Positions 21,448-32,210 of a stretch of 64,000 nucleotides of DNA are shown here, in pieces. How positions within the stretch are numbered: position 1 is the first letter of the stretch; every line of letters begins with the position of its first letter. Below the pieces are notes generated by a model. It made no database searches and had not been told where the DNA came from. It worked only from the letters and a program-made list of their open reading frames with translations. The stretch comes from an uncultured Methylomirabilota bacterium (GTDB taxonomy: Bacteria > Methylomirabilota > Methylomirabilia > Methylomirabilales > 2-02-FULL-66-22), in contig CAWJSJ010000005.1 of assembly GCA_963845565.1 (NCBI GenBank), positions 544,001-608,000 of the forward strand. Reading direction: 5' to 3'. Position numbers and translations under genes: made by a program.

Positions 21448-22946
21448 ATGAAACAGTTCTGCAAGCTGATGGCCATCGTGGCGCTCGCGCTCCTCGTGGC
21501 CACCCCAGCGATGGCGTTGGACTTCAAGTTCGGCGCCGAGTATCGGGTCCGGTTCTATAACATGGTGAACCAGGGCTTCAGCGACGGCCCAGGGACGAAC
21601 CCGGGCGGTGTCCAGCTCCGCATTCGCCCGCGCTTTGACGTCAGCGACGACAACGGCAACATGACGGCCACGTTGCGGTTGGAGATCGGCGACATCGAGT
21701 GGGGCAACGGCGGCGGCGCGTCGGGCGTGACCAACGCCGGCACGAACGGCAACATCCCGGCGGTGGGCACCCGCGTCGGCAACGGCTCGGGCGGCGCCAT
21801 GGGTGCGGATGGCATCAACGTCGAGACGAAGTGGGCCTACGTGGACTTTGCGTCCCCGATGGGTATCCCGCTCCGCTGGCGCGCCGGCCTCCAGCCCTGG
21901 TATCTGCCGAAGGGCATCATCATCGACGACGACGTGGCCGGCTTGCGGGCCTACGGCAGCTACAAGATGCTAAGCTACGACTTTGGCTGGTACCGCGCGA
22001 GCAGCGGGCAGCCGTGGACCGCGATCACGACGACCGTTTGTACCAACGCCGGTTGTACCACCACGGCGACCGCGATCACGGCGACCCAGAATCCGTCCAA
22101 TAACGTCACCGACAACAACCTGGATTACTACCAGGGCGGTGCCACCCTGAATATGGGCGAAGTGGCTGAACCCCGGCCTGTACTACATCTACGGCCGGAA
22201 CGCGGCCAGCGCGAACCCCGCGGTGGCGTCGCAGCAGTTCCTCGGCTTGACCGTCACCGGCGACCTCGGGTTCCTGAAGTATGACCTGGACTGGTTGTTC
22301 GGTCAGCAGAACGGTGGGAACAGCGGCTCCTTCACGAGCAACGACCCTGGCCGGACGAACGTGCAGGGCTGGGCGCTTGACGCCGGCGTGCACATCCCGG
22401 TCGGCCCGGTTCTGATCCACGCCGTCGGTTCGTACTCCACCGGCGACAAGCAGAACGGCGGCAAGAGCGAGGCGATGCCCTGGATCTCCCCGTCGTGGAA
22501 CGGCGCGGGCGGTCTGTACGAGTTGATCGGCAGCGGCGGCAACTACGACGCGACCGAGACCAGCCAGGACTACCCGGCCGGTCTGTGGATGCTGGGCGCC
22601 GGCGCCGAGTATCGGCCGGTCAAGGCCCTCTGGCTGCGCGGAATGTACGGCTGGGCCGGATGGACCACCAACTCCGCGAACTGTGCCTTCAACGCGCAGC
22701 GGTACCGCAGCCGGCAGCGCGTGCTACGGCCCGAGCTACCGGGGCACGGGCTTCACGGCGACGGCGGCCAACGGTCAGGGTGTCGGCGGCCTCGCCGGCA
22801 AGAGCAGCTTCGGGCAGGAAATCTCCTTCCGGGCCGACTACGACCTCTGGACCAACTTCAAGATCCAGGGCGCGGCCGGTTGGTTGATCCCGACCGGTGG
22901 CGACACGGTCTCCGAGTACGTGCTGCAGCTGTACTACAACTTCTAG
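21448..22946 (+). CDS. Outer-membrane beta-barrel porin (OmpJ-like), interrupted by two +1 frameshifts (~22156, ~22696)
   Basis: Signal peptide ...PAMA, LRLEIGDIEWG, GADGINVETKWAYVDF, C-terminal YVLQLYYNF; three consecutive frames join into ~498 aa. Confidence 0.75.
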
Positions 22947-22965
22947 TCGGTTGTAGGCATGGCCT

Positions 22966-22999
22966 GAAGGCCCCAGGGGAGCGATCCCCTGGGGCCTTC
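22966..22999 (+). terminator. Strong hairpin terminator after porin gene
   Basis: GAAGGCCCCAGGGGA-GCGA-TCCCCTGGGGCCTTC perfect 15-bp stem. Confidence 0.85.
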
Positions 23000-23025
23000 G
23001 TGTTCCTGCCAAACGGGGAAGCCGG

Positions 23026-23077
23026 CAATCGTCAATCGTCAATCGTCAACGAACCGACAACCGAGAACCGACCAATG
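23026..23077. repeat. (CAATCGT)3 array fused to a family-A half element
   Basis: CAATCGTCAATCGTCAATCGTCAACGAACCGACAACCGAGAACCGACCAATG. Confidence 0.75.
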
Positions 23078-23744
23078 GAATCCACGCACCTGCACGCCGT
23101 CCCGGCCGGTTGGTGGGTAGGGATTGCGATCGGCACGCGTGCTCGTGCCTGGTGCGGTCGTGCTGGATCGCGACCTGATGGCCGCGCTCCGGCCTCACGG
23201 CCAGGCGGGGCTCGTGGGCTTGATGGGGTGGGTGACGTGGCTTGGGTACGGGCTGGTGGATATCGCGATTCCGCTGGCGATCGGCCTGCGGGCGTGGTGG
23301 CGGGCCGACGCCGCCGCCCTGCGGCGCGGCCTCTTGGGCGGGCTGGCCGTGGCCCTGGCGGGAATCCTGGACCAGCTCCTCAAGAACCTGGTTTGCCGGG
23401 CGCGGCCGAACGCGGCGGCAGCCGGCGCGTTCCTGGCCGTCTTTCCCTGCTTTCCGGCGCCCTACGCCCTGGCCTCGTTTCCATCCGGGCACGCCACCAC
23501 GGCGTTCGCGCTGGCGACGGTGCTCTCCCTGTGGTATCCGAAGGGATGGTGGGCGTGGGGCGCTCTGGCGGCGCTGGTGGGCTGGTCCCGCATCGTCCTG
23601 GGGTCGCATTTCCCGTCGGATGTCCTGGCCGGGGCCGTGCTGGGGTGCGCGGTGGTGCTGGTCTGCGTCCGGTGGTGGCCCGGATTCGTCGGGGTGCCGG
23701 GACAATGCAAAACCGACAACCGACAACCGAGAACCGATCAATGA
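23075..23744 (+). CDS. PAP2 family membrane phosphatase (probable frameshift near 23138; start uncertain)
   Basis: KNLVCRARP, SFPSGH, SRIVLGSHFPSDV motifs. Confidence 0.85.
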
Positions 23745-23787
23745 TGGAGGCGTTTTCCGGTTTCGCACTCTAAGTTGTCCGTTTTGC
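23703..23787. repeat. Family-A element (left flank of TA module)
   Basis: CAATGCAAAACCGACAACCGACAACCGAGAACCGATCAATGA, degenerate right arm. Confidence 0.8.
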
Positions 23788-23853
23788 TTTGACGGTGCGT
23801 TTCAGTCGGGTATCATGAGAGCCATCAGATCGGATTGCGGCGGGGGGTTTTCC

Positions 23854-24072
23854 ATGGATGTGACTCTGCCACTTGACCAGATGACGACCGCAGAAAAGCT
23901 CAACGCACTCGAGGCGATCTGGGAGAGCCTTTGCCGGAGGCCAGATGACGTTCCGTCTCCGTCCTGGCACGCGGATGTCCTGAGGAATCGAGAGCAGCGC
24001 GTCCAGGACGGGTCTTCTCAGTTTATCGACTGGGCCGAGGCGAAACAGAGCATCCGAGACTCCACGAAGTGA
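23854..24072 (+). CDS. Putative addiction-module antitoxin (TIGR02574-like)
   Basis: LPLDQMTTAEKL..EAIWESL...SPSWHADVLRNR...FIDWAEAK; overlaps toxin start (GTGA). Confidence 0.85.
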   Translation: MDVTLPLDQMTTAEKLNALEAIWESLCRRPDDVPSPSWHADVLRNREQRVQDGSSQFIDWAEAKQSIRDSTK

Positions 24073-24359
24073 AGGTCCAGGTTCTTGACGAGGCGCAGCA
24101 AGACCTGGCCGCCGGCTGCCGTTTCTACGAGAGCCAGGTTACAGGTCTGGGTGATTACTTCCTCGATTCCCTATTCTCCGACATCGATTCTCTGCAATTC
24201 TGTGCTGGCGTTCACGCCAGGCATTTCGGCTACAACCGCCTTCTCTCCAAGCGTTTTCCCTTCGCTGTCTACTATCGCGTCGACAAGGGTATCGCGCGGG
24301 TATATGCCGTTCTGGATTGCCGCCGAGATCCATCCTGGACTCGCGACCGGTTGATATGA
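24069..24359 (+). CDS. RelE/ParE family toxin
   Basis: AQQDL...FYESQ..GLGDYF, KRFPFAVYY, AVLDCRRDP. Confidence 0.88.
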   Translation: MKVQVLDEAQQDLAAGCRFYESQVTGLGDYFLDSLFSDIDSLQFCAGVHARHFGYNRLLSKRFPFAVYYRVDKGIARVYAVLDCRRDPSWTRDRLI

Positions 24360-24450
24360 GCCCGCCGTGTTATTCCATGCCGCGTGACGTTGGCCATCCA
24401 AGTCCTACTCCTCGCGGCGACCGGCCTCACGCCCTGCCGGGACGCTGGGG

Positions 24451-24540
24451 CAATGCAAAACCGAAAACCGACAACCGAGAACCGATCAATGACGGAGACG
24501 GTTGTTCGGTTGTCAGTTATCGGTTGTCGGTTTGAACTTG
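24451..24540. repeat. Family-A element (right flank of TA module)
   Basis: CAATGCAAAACCGAAAACCGACAACCGAGAACCGATCAATGACGG...CGGTTGTCAGTTATCGGTTGTCGGTTTGAA. Confidence 0.85.
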
Positions 24541-24681
24541 GCTTTGGTTCCGAGCCTGGCGGTTGCGTGGACCGGACGACTCCGCGGTGTGCTATGGACT
24601 GAATGCATCAACCGTTGTATTCTAACCTGCCGTCAAAACGCTCGGGCGCGCAACGTCGGAGATGCCGGGTTGGGGAAAGCA

Positions 24682-24764
24682 CCATGCAAAACCGACAACC
24701 GAGGACCGATCAATGACGGAAACGGTTGTTCGGTTGTCAGTTATCGGTTGTCGGTTTGAAAATG
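24682..24764. repeat. Family-A element, near-identical to 24451-24540
   Basis: Shares ACCGATCAATGACGGAnACGGTTGTTCGGTTGTCAGTTATCGGTTGTCGGTTTGAA with previous copy. Confidence 0.85.
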
Positions 24765-24792
24765 ACTGTTGTGACTGGAGCGACTGATTCTC

Positions 24793-25782
24793 ATGGCCGG
24801 CGTGGCGACGCATAACGGGCTCTTCCTCGTCATCTCGCGTGAACTGCGGGAAGTCGAGGAGCGCCTGCAGACCCCGGTCGAGGACAACGGGGCGTTGCTG
24901 GCGGTCGTGGCGCGATATGCGCTGGCCTCGGGCGGGAAGCGGATCCGCCCCGCCCTGCTCTTGCTCGCCGCCAAGGCGTGTGGCGCGGACGGGTGCGACC
25001 GCGGCATCACGCTCGCCTCGGCGACGGAGATGATGCACGCCGCGACCCTCTTGCACGACGACATCGTGGATCGCGCCGCCACGCGGCGGGGACGCCCCTC
25101 GGCGATGGCCCGCTGGGGGGCGGACGTCTCGGTGCTGGTCGGGGACTTCCTCTACTCCCGGGCGATCCAGGACCTGGTGGCCGATCGGGACCGGCGCATC
25201 CTGCGGGCGTTCGCGGACGCCACGGTGGCCATGACGGAGGCGGAGGTCCTCCAGTTGCAGCTCCTCCGCGACCTCGGCATCGGCGAGGCGGACTACCTCA
25301 AGATCGTGACGGGAAAGACCGCGGCCCTGATGTCGGCCGCCTGCCGGGCCGGCGCCCTGATGGCCGATGCGCCGGAGGTCATGGTGGAGGCCCTGGCGTC
25401 CTTCGGCCTGAACCTGGGGATCGGATTCCAGCTGGTGGACGACGCGCTGGACTACATCGCGCGGGAAGAGCGCCTGGGGAAGCCGGTGGGCAGCGACTTC
25501 CGGGAGGGCAAGATCACCTTTCCCGTGATGCACGTGATGAAGCACGCCGGACCCGAAGAGCGGGCACGCCTGAAGTCCCTCGCCGTCCGGGACGATCTGG
25601 GAGACGACGACCTCGCCCCGCTGCGTGAGATGGTGGACCGCTACGCGGCCGTACCGGCCACCATGGAGCTGGTGGACGAGTACCTTGCCCGCGCCCGCGC
25701 GCGCCTCGACCCGGTGTCCGACTCGCCGGCTCGCCACACCCTCCACCGCCTGGTAGATTTCGTCCGCGAGCGCGACTGGTGA
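24793..25782 (+). CDS. ispB: Polyprenyl (octaprenyl-type) diphosphate synthase
   Basis: GGKRIRP, LLHDDIVD, RRG, GKTA, FQLVDDALD, GSDFREGK. Confidence 0.85.
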   Translation: MAGVATHNGLFLVISRELREVEERLQTPVEDNGALLAVVARYALASGGKRIRPALLLLAAKACGADGCDRGITLASATEMMHAATLLHDDIVDRAATRRGRPSAMARWGADVSVLVGDFLYSRAIQDLVADRDRRILRAFADATVAMTEAEVLQLQLLRDLGIGEADYLKIVTGKTAALMSAACRAGALMADAPEVMVEALASFGLNLGIGFQLVDDALDYIAREERLGKPVGSDFREGKITFPVMHVMKHAGPEERARLKSLAVRDDLGDDDLAPLREMVDRYAAVPATMELVDEYLARARARLDPVSDSPARHTLHRLVDFVRERDW

Positions 25783-25792
25783 TTTTGGCATG

Positions 25793-25866
25793 TGTTCAAC
25801 GTTCGACGTACGGCGTTCAACGTTGGGCCTCGAACCTCGACCGCTGAACGTTGCATGGTGAACGGC
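25793..25866. repeat. Heptamer palindrome of CGTTCAA/TTGAACG-type units
   Basis: TGTTCAACGTTCGACGTACGGCGTTCAACG...CTGAACGTTGCATGGTGAACGG. Confidence 0.6.
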
Positions 25867-25871
25867 TGCTC

Positions 25872-27671
<1,800 letters not shown>

Positions 27672-27674
27672 CCA

Positions 27675-28346
27675 ATGAGTAAACGAGCGCGGGACGACGA
27701 GTCTACGGACAAGGCGATCATCACGGCGCCCCGATCCAAGTCGGTGGTGCGGGAATACGCCGAAGCCCTGATTGTCGCGGTCCTTCTGGCGCTGGTGATC
27801 CGTACCTTTGTGGTCCAGGCCTTCAAGATCCCCTCCGGATCCATGCTGCCGACGCTGCAGATCGGCGACCACATCCTGGTGAACAAGTTTCTCTTTTATT
27901 TTCGCCCCGTCCACCGCGGGGATATCATCGTCTTCAAATTTCCCCAGGACGAAACGCGAGACTTCATCAAGCGCGTGATCGGCCTCCCCGGGGAGACCGT
28001 GGAGATTCGCGGCAAGGAGGTGCTCGTCAACGGCAAGCCGCTGGACGAGCCGTACGCGGTGTACGGGGACTGGCCGATGGGCCGCCTGGGCGAGCGGGAG
28101 AAGTTGGGGCCGATCGTCGTCCCGCCCGAACGCCTGTTCATGATGGGGGACAACCGGGACCATAGCATGGATAGCCGGGTGTGGGGGTTTCTGGACGTCA
28201 ACAAGGTCAAAGGGAAAGCGTTCATCGTCTACTTCTCGGTCCGGAGCGACGATATCCCCTACGGATCGGCCGTGATGAGCATTCTCCATGTGCTGTCGCA
28301 TCCCACGATGATTCGGTGGAACCGGTTGGGGAGCCTGGTGCAGTGA
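27675..28346 (+). CDS. lepB: Signal peptidase I
   Basis: IPSGSMLPTL, FIKRVIG, MGDNRDHSMDSR. Confidence 0.95.
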   Translation: MSKRARDDESTDKAIITAPRSKSVVREYAEALIVAVLLALVIRTFVVQAFKIPSGSMLPTLQIGDHILVNKFLFYFRPVHRGDIIVFKFPQDETRDFIKRVIGLPGETVEIRGKEVLVNGKPLDEPYAVYGDWPMGRLGEREKLGPIVVPPERLFMMGDNRDHSMDSRVWGFLDVNKVKGKAFIVYFSVRSDDIPYGSAVMSILHVLSHPTMIRWNRLGSLVQ

Positions 28347-28358
28347 GGAGTGAAGCCT

Positions 28359-28487
28359 TCAGCGATCAGCAGTCAGCAGTCAGCGGTCAGCCAAAGAGAA
28401 ATTCGCAAAGCGTGATCGGGGAACGGCTTTCAGGCAGCGCGCGGCCGTGTCTATTTGTTGACCGCTGACCGCTGAAAGCTGAGCGCT
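28359..28487. repeat. Family-B heptamer palindromic element
   Basis: (TCAGCnn)5 left arm and GTTGACCGCTGACCGCTGAAAGCTGA right arm. Confidence 0.8.
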
Positions 28488-28507
28488 GTTTCGCCCCCCC
28501 CGGCGCC

Positions 28508-28536
28508 TTGACAACCTTCCGTCGCTTGTCTATAGT
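28508..28536 (+). promoter_or_regulatory. Sigma70-type promoter of hrcA operon
   Basis: TTGACA-N17-TATAGT. Confidence 0.8.
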
Positions 28537-28545
28537 GGAGCTGTC

Positions 28546-28572
28546 CTGGCACTCTCGTTAGGTGAGTGCCAA
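28546..28572 (+). promoter_or_regulatory. CIRCE operator (HrcA binding site)
   Basis: CTGGCACTC-N9-GAGTGCCAA vs consensus TTAGCACTC-N9-GAGTGCTAA, between promoter and hrcA. Confidence 0.9.
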
Positions 28573-28590
28573 GGTGCCGAGGTTACAGGC

Positions 28591-29622
28591 ATGATGAACG
28601 ATAGACATCAGGGTGTGCTCCGTGCCATCGTGCAGGACTACATCCGCACGGCGGAACCGGTCGGGTCGCGCACCCTCTCGCGGAAGTATGGATTCTCGCT
28701 GAGTCCCGCGACCATTCGGACGATCATGTCCGACCTGGAGGAGTCCGGGTACGTCGCCCAGCCGCACACGTCGGCGGGTCGGGTGCCCACGGACAAGGGG
28801 TATCGTCTCTACGTCGACAATCTGATGGATCGAGCACCGCTCAGCCGCGAAGAGGTGGAGCGGATCGAGCAGCGCGTGGGCCCCTCGGCGGCCGAGGCGG
28901 ACGATCTCTTGCGTGAGGCGGGGAAGCTGCTGTTCGCCCTCTCTCCCTATGTCGCCGTCGCCTTGGCGCCGCGGCTCCAGGACAGCCGCTTCCAGCGCGT
29001 CGAGTTCGTGTCGCTGGCGCGGGATCGGGTGCTGGTGATCCTGCTGGCGGATTCCGGACTGGTGCACCACAAGACGATCATGGTGGAGGAGGTCGTCACG
29101 CAAGACGACCTGGACCGGATGGCCCGATACCTCTCGGATCTGCTCAAGGGGCGGACGCTCCACGAGGTGCGCGACCTCTTGGTTGCGCAGATGGCCGAGG
29201 AAAAGGCCCTCTACGACCGGCTGCTGGCCCAAGCCCTGCGGCTCGGGGCGCAAGCCCTGGCGGGGGACACGGAAGCGGACGTATACGTGGCCGGGGCGGC
29301 ACGCATCGCGGATCAACCGGAGTTTGCCGACATTCAGAGAATGAAATCGCTCTACACCGCGTTCGAGGAGAAGTCGAAGCTGGTGATCCTGCTGAGCGAG
29401 TGTCTGCGGGGCGGGGGATGTCGAATCTTCATCGGCAGCGAGATCCCGGTTCAGGACATCCAGGACCTCAGCGTGGTCGCCTCCCCCTATCGCCGGCAGG
29501 GGCAGATCCTGGGTGTCCTGGGCGTTCTGGGACCCACCCGGATGGATTACGGCCGGACGGTGGCCCTGGTGGAGACGACGGCCAATCTCCTCAGTCGATC
29601 GTTGTCGGAGCAGGCGGCGTAG
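28591..29622 (+). CDS. hrcA: Heat-inducible transcription repressor
   Basis: EPVGSR, SPATIR, QPHTSAGRVPTDKGYR, GPTRMDY. Confidence 0.97.
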   Translation: MMNDRHQGVLRAIVQDYIRTAEPVGSRTLSRKYGFSLSPATIRTIMSDLEESGYVAQPHTSAGRVPTDKGYRLYVDNLMDRAPLSREEVERIEQRVGPSAAEADDLLREAGKLLFALSPYVAVALAPRLQDSRFQRVEFVSLARDRVLVILLADSGLVHHKTIMVEEVVTQDDLDRMARYLSDLLKGRTLHEVRDLLVAQMAEEKALYDRLLAQALRLGAQALAGDTEADVYVAGAARIADQPEFADIQRMKSLYTAFEEKSKLVILLSECLRGGGCRIFIGSEIPVQDIQDLSVVASPYRRQGQILGVLGVLGPTRMDYGRTVALVETTANLLSRSLSEQAA

Positions 29623-29684
29623 CTCGGCACACCTCTTTCTTGCGGGAGGACCTGCGGGTCCTCCCGTTCTGTCTGTAGGGAGTC

Positions 29685-30278
29685 ATGGAACCGACTATCG
29701 AATCGGAAGTTCCGTCGTCCCCATCAGGCGAGCCGGCGAGCGCGGCCACCCCCGCTCCGGCCGCCGCACCCGGGCCGGAGGAGGCGCTGGCCGCCAAGGC
29801 GCAAGAGGCGGAGCGCCTGCAGGATCGACTCCTGCGGCTCCAGGCGGAGTTCGACAATTACAAGAAGCGGATGGCCCGCGAGAAGGCGGAGTTCCTCAAG
29901 TTTGCCACCGAGGGCCTGCTGCTGGAATTCCTCCCCGTGCTGGACAACCTGGAACGCGCCCTGGTCTCGGCGCGGGCCGGATCGGCCAACCGCGAGGCCG
30001 TCGCGGACGGGATCGAGATGATCGTCCGCCTGTTCCGCTCGACCCTGGACAAGGCCGGGGTGAAACCGCTGGAGGCGGCCGGTCAACCCTTCGATCCCGG
30101 TCTGCACCAAGCCATCGCGCAGGTCGAAACTGCCGACGGGCCGGAGAACCTGGTCGTGGAAGAGGTCCAGAAGGGGTATCTCCTGGAGGGGCGCGTACTG
30201 CGCGCGGCCATGGTCAAGGTGTCGCGTTCCGCATCGGCGACAGGCAGCGGCGCGGAGAATGAGGGCGCGGGCGCGTGA
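29685..30278 (+). CDS. grpE: Nucleotide exchange factor GrpE
   Basis: [31 protein letters not shown]...LRAAMVKV. Confidence 0.96.
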   Translation: MEPTIESEVPSSPSGEPASAATPAPAAAPGPEEALAAKAQEAERLQDRLLRLQAEFDNYKKRMAREKAEFLKFATEGLLLEFLPVLDNLERALVSARAGSANREAVADGIEMIVRLFRSTLDKAGVKPLEAAGQPFDPGLHQAIAQVETADGPENLVVEEVQKGYLLEGRVLRAAMVKVSRSASATGSGAENEGAGA

Positions 30279-31384
30279 GTCAGAAGCGGGATTACTATCA
30301 GGTCCTGGGGGTCTCGCCCGAAGCCGCCCCCGACGAGATCAAGAAGGCGTACCGGAAGCTCGCGCATCTCCATCACCCGGACAAGAATCCCGGCGATGCG
30401 GCGGCGGAGGACCGCTTCAAGGCGATCGGTGAAGCGTATGCGGTCCTGGGCGACGCCGAGAAGCGCGAAGCCTACGACCGCTTCGGGACCGCCGGCCCCG
30501 GTCGCGGCGGCGAGGGCTTCGGCGACTTCGACCCGGGCTTCGGCAGCATCTTCGACGACATCTTCGAGGGGTTTTTCGGGGGGCGGTCCGGCCGCACCGG
30601 GCGGAGCGCCCACCGCGGGGCGGACCTGCGGTATAACCTGGAGATCCGCTTCGAGGAGGCGGCCACCGGCGTCGAGAAAGAGATCGTCATCCCCCGGCTG
30701 GAGACCTGTGCGACCTGCCGGGGCAGCGGGGCCAAGCCCGGCTCGCAGCCGACGGTCTGCAAGAACTGCCGCGGGACGGGTCAGGTGCGGTTCTCGCAGG
30801 GATTCCTGACGGTCAGCCAACCCTGCGGCCGTTGCCGCGGTGAGGGGCGCATCGTCGAGCATCCCTGCCAGACCTGTCGCGGGCTGGGCCAGACCAAGGC
30901 CGAGCGAACCTTGACGGTGAAGATCCCGGCCGGTGTGGAGACCGGCACCAGGCTGAAGCTGGCCGGCGAGGGGGAGGTGGGCGTGCGGGGCGGCCCGCCC
31001 GGGGATCTGTACGTCGTCGTGGCCGTGAAGGAGCATTCGCTCTTCACCCGGCACGGCGACGACGTCTACTGCGAGGTGCCCGTCAGCTTCAGTCAGGCCG
31101 CCCTGGGGGCGCAGATCGAGATCCCGACGATCTCGGGGCGCGCCACCCTCAAGATCCCGCCGGGAACCCAGACCGGGGCCGAGTTCCGCATGCGCGGCAA
31201 GGGGTTCCCGAACGTGCGCGGGTACGGTCAGGGCGATCTGCTGGCGCGGATCTTCGTCGAGGTCCCCGCGCATCTGTCGGCCAAGCAACGCGACCTGCTG
31301 GAACAGTTCGCGAAACTGGAGAACAGCGAGGGGAGCCCGCTGGTTCAGGGGTTCTGGGACAAGGTCAAGGCCCTCTTCGAGTGA
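30275..31384 (+). CDS. dnaJ: Chaperone DnaJ
   Basis: DYY..LGV, HPD, four CxxCxGxG repeats. Confidence 0.97.
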   Translation: MSQKRDYYQVLGVSPEAAPDEIKKAYRKLAHLHHPDKNPGDAAAEDRFKAIGEAYAVLGDAEKREAYDRFGTAGPGRGGEGFGDFDPGFGSIFDDIFEGFFGGRSGRTGRSAHRGADLRYNLEIRFEEAATGVEKEIVIPRLETCATCRGSGAKPGSQPTVCKNCRGTGQVRFSQGFLTVSQPCGRCRGEGRIVEHPCQTCRGLGQTKAERTLTVKIPAGVETGTRLKLAGEGEVGVRGGPPGDLYVVVAVKEHSLFTRHGDDVYCEVPVSFSQAALGAQIEIPTISGRATLKIPPGTQTGAEFRMRGKGFPNVRGYGQGDLLARIFVEVPAHLSAKQRDLLEQFAKLENSEGSPLVQGFWDKVKALFE

Positions 31385-31397
31385 GGCCGGCTGCCCC

Positions 31398-32210
31398 GTG
31401 GGACGCGCGCATCATCGACGTTTCTTCCTCTCTCCCGAGGGGCTGGCGGGGGGCCAGGCGGCGTTCGGCCCTGCGCAGGCCCACCAGCTTGTCTCCGTCC
31501 TGCGCCTCGGCGCGGGCGACCTGATCGCGGTCTTCGACGGCACCGGTCGAGAGTGGACCGCGGAGCTGACGCAGGCCACGCCCCGACGCGCGCAGGCCCG
31601 CCTGCTGGCGGAACACCCCCCGGAGACTCCGCCCCGTCTTGCCGTCACCCTGGCACAGGTCGCGCCCCGCGGGGCGGCCATGGACCTCATCGTGGCCAAG
31701 GCCACCGAGCTCGGCGTCTCGCGCATCGTCCCCCTGGAGGCGGAGCACAGCGTGCGGCGGACCGCCGCCTCCGGGGGCGAGGCCCGCTGGCGTCGGATCA
31801 TCATGGAGGCGACGGAGCAGTGCGGGCGTCGCCGGCTGCCCGAGTTGGCACCCGCCTGCGCCGTGGAGCAATACCTCCGGATGGATCCGCCGAGCCCGGT
31901 GCTCCTCGTCTGCGACCAGGGCGGCGGCGCTCGGCCGCTGGCCGAGGTGTGCGGGACGTTGCTCGGCGCCGCCGAGGTGACGGTCTTGGTCGGCGGCGAG
32001 GGCGGGCTCAGCCCCGAGGAAGTCTCCCTGGCCACCCGGCGCGGGGGCCGGCGAGTCTCGCTGGGGCCGCGCTTGCTGCGCGCCGAGACGGCGGCCCTGG
32101 CGGCCCTGGCCGTCGTGCAGGCGTGTGCGGGAGATTGGACCTCGGCCGGACGGTGGAGCGGTCGCCGAGATCCCGGGACCGCGGGGAGGCCGGGTTGCCT
32201 AGTATCCTGA
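31398..32210 (+). CDS. rsmE: 16S rRNA m3U1498 methyltransferase
   Basis: H..SVLRL, KATELGV, EQCGR, GGEGGL, SLGPRLLRAETA. Confidence 0.92.
   Translation: MGRAHHRRFFLSPEGLAGGQAAFGPAQAHQLVSVLRLGAGDLIAVFDGTGREWTAELTQATPRRAQARLLAEHPPETPPRLAVTLAQVAPRGAAMDLIVAKATELGVSRIVPLEAEHSVRRTAASGGEARWRRIIMEATEQCGRRRLPELAPACAVEQYLRMDPPSPVLLVCDQGGGARPLAEVCGTLLGAAEVTVLVGGEGGLSPEEVSLATRRGGRRVSLGPRLLRAETAALAALAVVQACAGDWTSAGRWSGRRDPGTAGRPGCLVS

Noticed and set aside
23703..24764. CRISPR array or integron attC array suggested by three similar repeats
   Set aside because: Spacing is irregular (about 750 and 230 bp), repeats are ~85-bp hairpins, there is no cas or intI gene, and there are no convincing RYYYAAC/GTTRRRY ends.
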